DNA of 64,000 nucleotides from Flavobacteriaceae bacterium UBA4166 (GTDB lineage Bacteria; Bacteroidota; Bacteroidia; Flavobacteriales; Flavobacteriaceae): NCBI GenBank assembly GCA_002379985.1, contig DFVG01000010.1, positions 4,630 to 68,629 of the forward strand, read 5' to 3'. Shown piece by piece: positions 60,701 to 64,000 of this stretch (position 1 is its first letter; each line of letters starts with the position of its first letter). The notes under the pieces were generated by a model. It saw only the letters and a program-made list of their open reading frames with translations, ran no database searches and was not told where the DNA came from. The position numbers and the translations under genes were made by a program.

Positions 60701-61882
60701 GAAAGCGCAAACCGACTTGCCGTAGCCGTGGAGTTAAATGACACCCCTGCACCTACCACAGAAGAAACAACACAACATTTTTGTAGTACGGAAGAGGCCA
60801 CGGTATCCGATTTGCAAGCGGATGGCCCCAACATCATTTGGTATGATATGCCTTCCGGTGGAACCCCCTATGATCCTGGCGATTTATTGATAGATGGTAC
60901 TATCTATTACGCTACCGCCACGAACGCCACAGGTTGTGAAAGTACAGAGCGACTCGCGGTAACTGTGGTTTTCGACCCGGCTTCCGACCCAACAATCGTT
61001 TCCGAAAGCAGTGGCCCTGCCTGTTTAGAAACGGTAGTCATCTACACTACTGAAGCCGGTCAAGATTCGTATATATGGAACATCAATGGAGGGATTGTTA
61101 CTGATGGCGGTAGTACTAATGATAATTTTATTGCAATCCGTTGGACACAGCTGGAAAATACGAACGTTTCGGTTTCATACACTCCGATAAGCGAATGTAA
61201 TTCGGGTGCGGAAGTAACCTTTTCCGAAGAAATTCTAGTCTGTGCTGATATTACGATCACCAAGACCGTTGACGATCCAACGCCTCGTGTAGGAGAACGC
61301 ATCACCTTCTACGTCACCGTTAACAATAATGGCCCCAATGATTTTGAAGGATTAAGAGTTTCAGAAAACATCCCCTCAGGATTTGAGCTCATTGATTTTG
61401 AGACCACATTAGGCACCTACGATCCAAATACCGGATTATGGTTAATAGACCTGCTTCCGGCAGAAGAAATGGCTCAACTCAGTGTCATGGTGGAAGTGCT
61501 GGGTAGCGGTAACTACACGAATATCGCTACGATCATTAGTTCACAGCCTCTGGATGATGACTCAAATAATTCCGCAGAGATCACCGTAGAACCACAATGT
61601 CTCACTGTTTACAATGAGTTTTCACCCAACGATGACGGGTTTAATGATCGATTCACCATCACCTGTATTGAGAATTATCCGAACAATGAACTTCAAGTGT
61701 TTAATCGCTACGGAAGTCTGGTGTTCCAACAACAAGGGTATCAAAACCAATGGGATGGAACTTCAAATGTCGCAGGAGCAAATGCTTCCAGTGACGGCCT
61801 CCCGGCGGGTACATACTATTACATATTGAAGCTGGATAATACTACCGAAGCACAAACCGGTTGGTTATACCTGATGAAGTAA
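57755..61882 (+). CDS. large T9SS type-B-sorted surface adhesin (nine Ig-like repeats, PKD-like, DUF11, CHU_C C-terminal domain)
   Basis: Nine ~78-aa repeats (TPTTSD.TQ.FC..D.PTVADLQA.GP.I.WYD...GGTP..P...L.DG.TYYATAT...GCES..RL.V). DUF11-like ADITITKTVDDPTPRVGERITFYVTVNNNGP. C-terminal VYNEFSPNDDGFNDRFTI...GTYYYILKL gliding-motility C-terminal domain. Confidence 0.85.
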   Translation: MIRFLPNPFVCLLIFLIYHSSTTLLMSQTPTLANQVTLSNHVDDPENATEDNEEFAVLNSYGGDILGGGSFSGELELAFPEQVPANTTTYIRIDFDEDILNALLGGSLGTLLADVVGTIVFGNHYFNVEARNGSDTVLNKSSIVPPDNWRFRIVQDDEANFYIAITPNQPYDRIYIEDNTDALLLGTFNSMNVYKAFYYAEADCAIDPLFTDFDGNGLTVDLLDLGGAGVTNPHHAIDQDTTNFSEISLGIIGVAASMEQNIYFPKTYSPSETLEITLQTEPTLVTLGILNEVEVLAFDKGALTFYSDINTLLTADLLTLLQNGEQATIPIEPGVAFDRITVRLNSLIGVSLSQSLDLYGVSITGPATPTTSDDNQSFCLVDEPTVADIDVNEPDVIWYDTPMAGTPYAPTDPLTDGATYYGAQRVEGCESEERLAVTISVNDTDTPTTSDDTQEFCLIDAPTIADLQAEGPTIQWYLEPTGGTPLAPSEALMDGETYFATATGTNGCESANRLEVSVVIADTPTPTTSDATQSFCLVDTPTIADLEAEGPMIVWYDAPEDGTPYLPTDILVDGETYFASATDASGCESATRLEVSVSLNNTDTPTTSDANQDFCQIDTPTVSDLQADGPSIQWYDTESGGTPLEPTEPLTDGATYYATATGTNGCESINRLEVAVTINNTPTPTTDNSTQQFCLSDAPTVADLQADGPSIQWYLDATGGAPLAPTTALTNNTTYYATATDASGCESVERLEVLALLNDPDAPTTDNTTQEFCVVDAPTVADLQATGGTITWYDMPTGGTAYDPTDPLVDGQIYYATATDANGCESSERLEVLASILDTDAPTTDNSTQTFCVIDLPTVANLQAEGENIQWYDVATGGVPLDPSEPLVSGNTYYATATNATGCESSERLSVLATIEDTDAPTTDNSTQEFCQIDEPKVADLQATGPNIVWYDMPSGGTPYDPTDLLMDGTTYYATATDASGCESANRLAVAVELNDTPAPTTEETTQHFCSTEEATVSDLQADGPNIIWYDMPSGGTPYDPGDLLIDGTIYYATATNATGCESTERLAVTVVFDPASDPTIVSESSGPACLETVVIYTTEAGQDSYIWNINGGIVTDGGSTNDNFIAIRWTQLENTNVSVSYTPISECNSGAEVTFSEEILVCADITITKTVDDPTPRVGERITFYVTVNNNGPNDFEGLRVSENIPSGFELIDFETTLGTYDPNTGLWLIDLLPAEEMAQLSVMVEVLGSGNYTNIATIISSQPLDDDSNNSAEITVEPQCLTVYNEFSPNDDGFNDRFTITCIENYPNNELQVFNRYGSLVFQQQGYQNQWDGTSNVAGANASSDGLPAGTYYYILKLDNTTEAQTGWLYLMK
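58851..60975 (+). repeat. nine tandem in-frame repeats of ~231-240 bp inside the adhesin gene
   Basis: The recurring cctacc...ggttgtgaaag (GCES) units are spaced 231-234 bp apart where I measured them (58859, 59093, 59324). Copies are diverged. Confidence 0.85.
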
Positions 61883-61913
61883 TTCCATGCATTGTTCATT
61901 TAAATCTATTCCT

Positions 61914-62846
61914 ATGAAATCCTTATATCCTACCTATATCGTTCTATTTGCAGTGATGCTACTGTGGTTCACACCCACAGCCAAAGCGCAACAAGACCCC
62001 CAATACACTCAATATTTGTACAACACCATGAGTATTAACCCCGCTTATGCGGGCTCTTTAGAAGCACTGGATGTAGTAGGCACCTACCGCGATCAATGGG
62101 TAGGCATCGATGGTGCTCCTAATACACAAAATCTCGGGATTCACACTCCGCTTAGAAATGACCGCATCGGTTTGGGGATTAACATTTCTCACGATCGCTT
62201 AGGTCCTTCCAGAGAAGTATTAATCAATGGTAACTTTTCATACAAACTACAATTGAGTCCGACCTTGAAATTAGGTCTCGGACTCAAAGCTGGTGTCAAC
62301 TTTTTAAATGTTGATTTCTCAGAAGGACAATTTCAGGACCCGAATGATCCAGTGTTGAATACCAATGTCGACAACCGCACGACACTTACGTTGGGAACAG
62401 GGGCCTATCTATATTCCAACAATTGGTATTTAGGACTTTCGGTTCCTGATTTCATTACTGATTCCTTCTATGATAACATGGACCAATCTATTTCCGAAGA
62501 AGAACTGCAATACTATCTAATTGGTGGCTATGTTTTTGATTTGAGTACGGATTTCCGACTGAAACCTGCCTTTTTACTAAAATACCTTAGAAATACTCCT
62601 ATTGTCGTAGATGTTTCCGCAAATGTTCTGTATCGCGAACGAATCACCTTTGGCGTTTCGTACCGGTATGAAGACGCAATTAGCGGTGTGGTAGGATTTC
62701 AAATCATTCCAAGTGTTTTTGTGGGATATTCCTATGACTATACCCTTACTGATTTGGGAGACTTCAATGATGGAACGCATGAAATCGTACTGCGGTTCAC
62801 CCTAGTCAAACAAAGTAAACGTATTAATTCACCTCGATTCTTTTAA
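61914..62846 (+). CDS. type IX secretion system membrane protein PorP/SprF
   Basis: AQQDPQYTQYLYNTMSINPAYAG signature and a beta-barrel-like sequence. ATG at 61914. Confidence 0.9.
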   Translation: MKSLYPTYIVLFAVMLLWFTPTAKAQQDPQYTQYLYNTMSINPAYAGSLEALDVVGTYRDQWVGIDGAPNTQNLGIHTPLRNDRIGLGINISHDRLGPSREVLINGNFSYKLQLSPTLKLGLGLKAGVNFLNVDFSEGQFQDPNDPVLNTNVDNRTTLTLGTGAYLYSNNWYLGLSVPDFITDSFYDNMDQSISEEELQYYLIGGYVFDLSTDFRLKPAFLLKYLRNTPIVVDVSANVLYRERITFGVSYRYEDAISGVVGFQIIPSVFVGYSYDYTLTDLGDFNDGTHEIVLRFTLVKQSKRINSPRFF

Positions 62847-62856
62847 AAGTCATTCT

Positions 62857-64000
62857 TATGAAACCATATACCCTACTCCTATTAGTATTTTCAAGTACCC
62901 TCTGTTTCAGTCAAAGTGCGGTCAAGAAAGCAAATCGCCTCTTTCAAACAAAAGCCTATACCAGTGCTGCTGAAGTATATGGAGAATTATTAGCGGATAA
63001 TACTGAACTAGACCTCGAAACCCTTCTGCAAGCGGCAGATACATATCATTATATCAAAGAGCCAAGACAGGCGGCTCAATTGTACGAGAAAGCGTATAAT
63101 AAAAATGACAAAGATTTGGGAGCGCCCTTTCTCTACAGATACTATCAGTCGCTTCGAGGGCTTCGAGAATATGAAAAAGCCGATGCGCTCTACCGAAAAT
63201 TCTTATTGGACCAAGACAAGAGTGATGCATTGGCACAATATGAAAATGCGGTACAACAGTTTGATTCCTTACGGAACGATGCAACCCCTTCACAGTACAG
63301 TTTGCGAAATTTAGATATTAACACAGAATATTCTGAATTTGCCCCGGTCTTCTATAAGGAAGGGATCATTTTTTCTTCTTCTCGTCCGGGCGCCTCAAAA
63401 GAATTATACGCTTGGAACCGACAACCCTACCTGAGTTTATTCGTTGCCAATGAGAACGAAGAAGGGAACTTAGAAGAAGTTCGTGTATTCTCAAAGCAAA
63501 TAGGAACGCAATTTCACGATGCAACATTGGCCTTCGTGCCCAATTCTGACGAAGTGTTCTTTACCTCTAGTAATGTCAAAAAGAACAAATTGATTTTGGA
63601 TGCGGGAAGAACCAATAATTTTAAGATCTATCGGGGACGTATGAGTGACAATAAGATCGTAGAAAAAGAGGAATTACATTTCAACAGCAACACCTACTCG
63701 GTAGGACATCCGGCAGTAAGTTCGGATGGAAAATATCTTTTGTTCGCCTCTGATATGCCTGGCGGATTTGGCGGAGCCGATATCTACTATTGCCGTATTT
63801 ATGAAGATGGTATGATCTCAGACCCTGTGAATGCAGGCAGTGACATTAACACTTGGGGCAATGATTTTTTTCCCTATGTTGTGGATGATATGTTGTTTTT
63901 TGCTTCGGACGGACATGTTGGTTTCGGCGGACTGGATCTTTACGAGGTCTCATTCACGCCGAATATAGGGTTGGGAATTCCTAAAAACTTAGGTAAGAAT
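62857..64000 (+). CDS. TPR + PD40/TolB-like repeat protein (5' part; typically OmpA-family), runs off the window
   Basis: The frame is open from ATG 62857 to the window end and is not in the ORF track. Signal peptide MKPYTLLLLVFSSTLCFSQ and PD40-like units (EFAPVFYKEGIIFSS, HPAVSSDGKYLLFASD...GGADIYY). Confidence 0.7.

Overview
This looks like a 64-kb chromosomal segment from a Flavobacteriia-type Bacteroidota genome. Supporting evidence: T9SS type A and type B C-terminal sorting domains, a PorP/SprF gene, a 288-aa RpoD, many lipoproteins with L-x-x-C lipoboxes, and Asp-box propeller proteins. Most of it is densely packed housekeeping and envelope genes, including MutS2, Ung, a fused E1 alpha/beta 2-oxoacid dehydrogenase, a gntK-gnd-gntP operon, RpoD, an SLC13 permease, MscS, OmpA-family proteins, an M19 dipeptidase, RluE-like, CotH, an OYE reductase and an AKR.

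Four regions stand out:
1. A roughly 3.6-kb AT-rich islet (about 30.1-33.8 kb) is the best candidate for a new system. It carries a translationally coupled three-gene operon: a canonical LexA-type autocleavable repressor, a small multi-TM protein resembling Pycsar/SLATT-type membrane effectors, and a class III nucleotide cyclase with an uncharacterised ~190-aa C-terminal domain. A 1-kb ORF-free tract follows it, containing repeated TTTTACATAA motifs and GC-rich hairpins. Imperfect direct repeats bracket the islet.
2. An eight-gene, tightly coupled type III PKS cluster (14.99-20.63 kb) has its own ACP, KS, dehydratase and enoyl-reductase-like genes.
3. A cholesterol-dependent-cytolysin-like lipoprotein (3.6-5.2 kb) lacks the Trp-rich undecapeptide.
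4. A T9SS type-B adhesin module (57.7-64 kb) has nine tandem ~78-aa repeats.

I recognised no rRNA, tRNA, CRISPR array, transposase or integrase. All calls come from reading the ORF translations and the DNA by eye. No database search was run.
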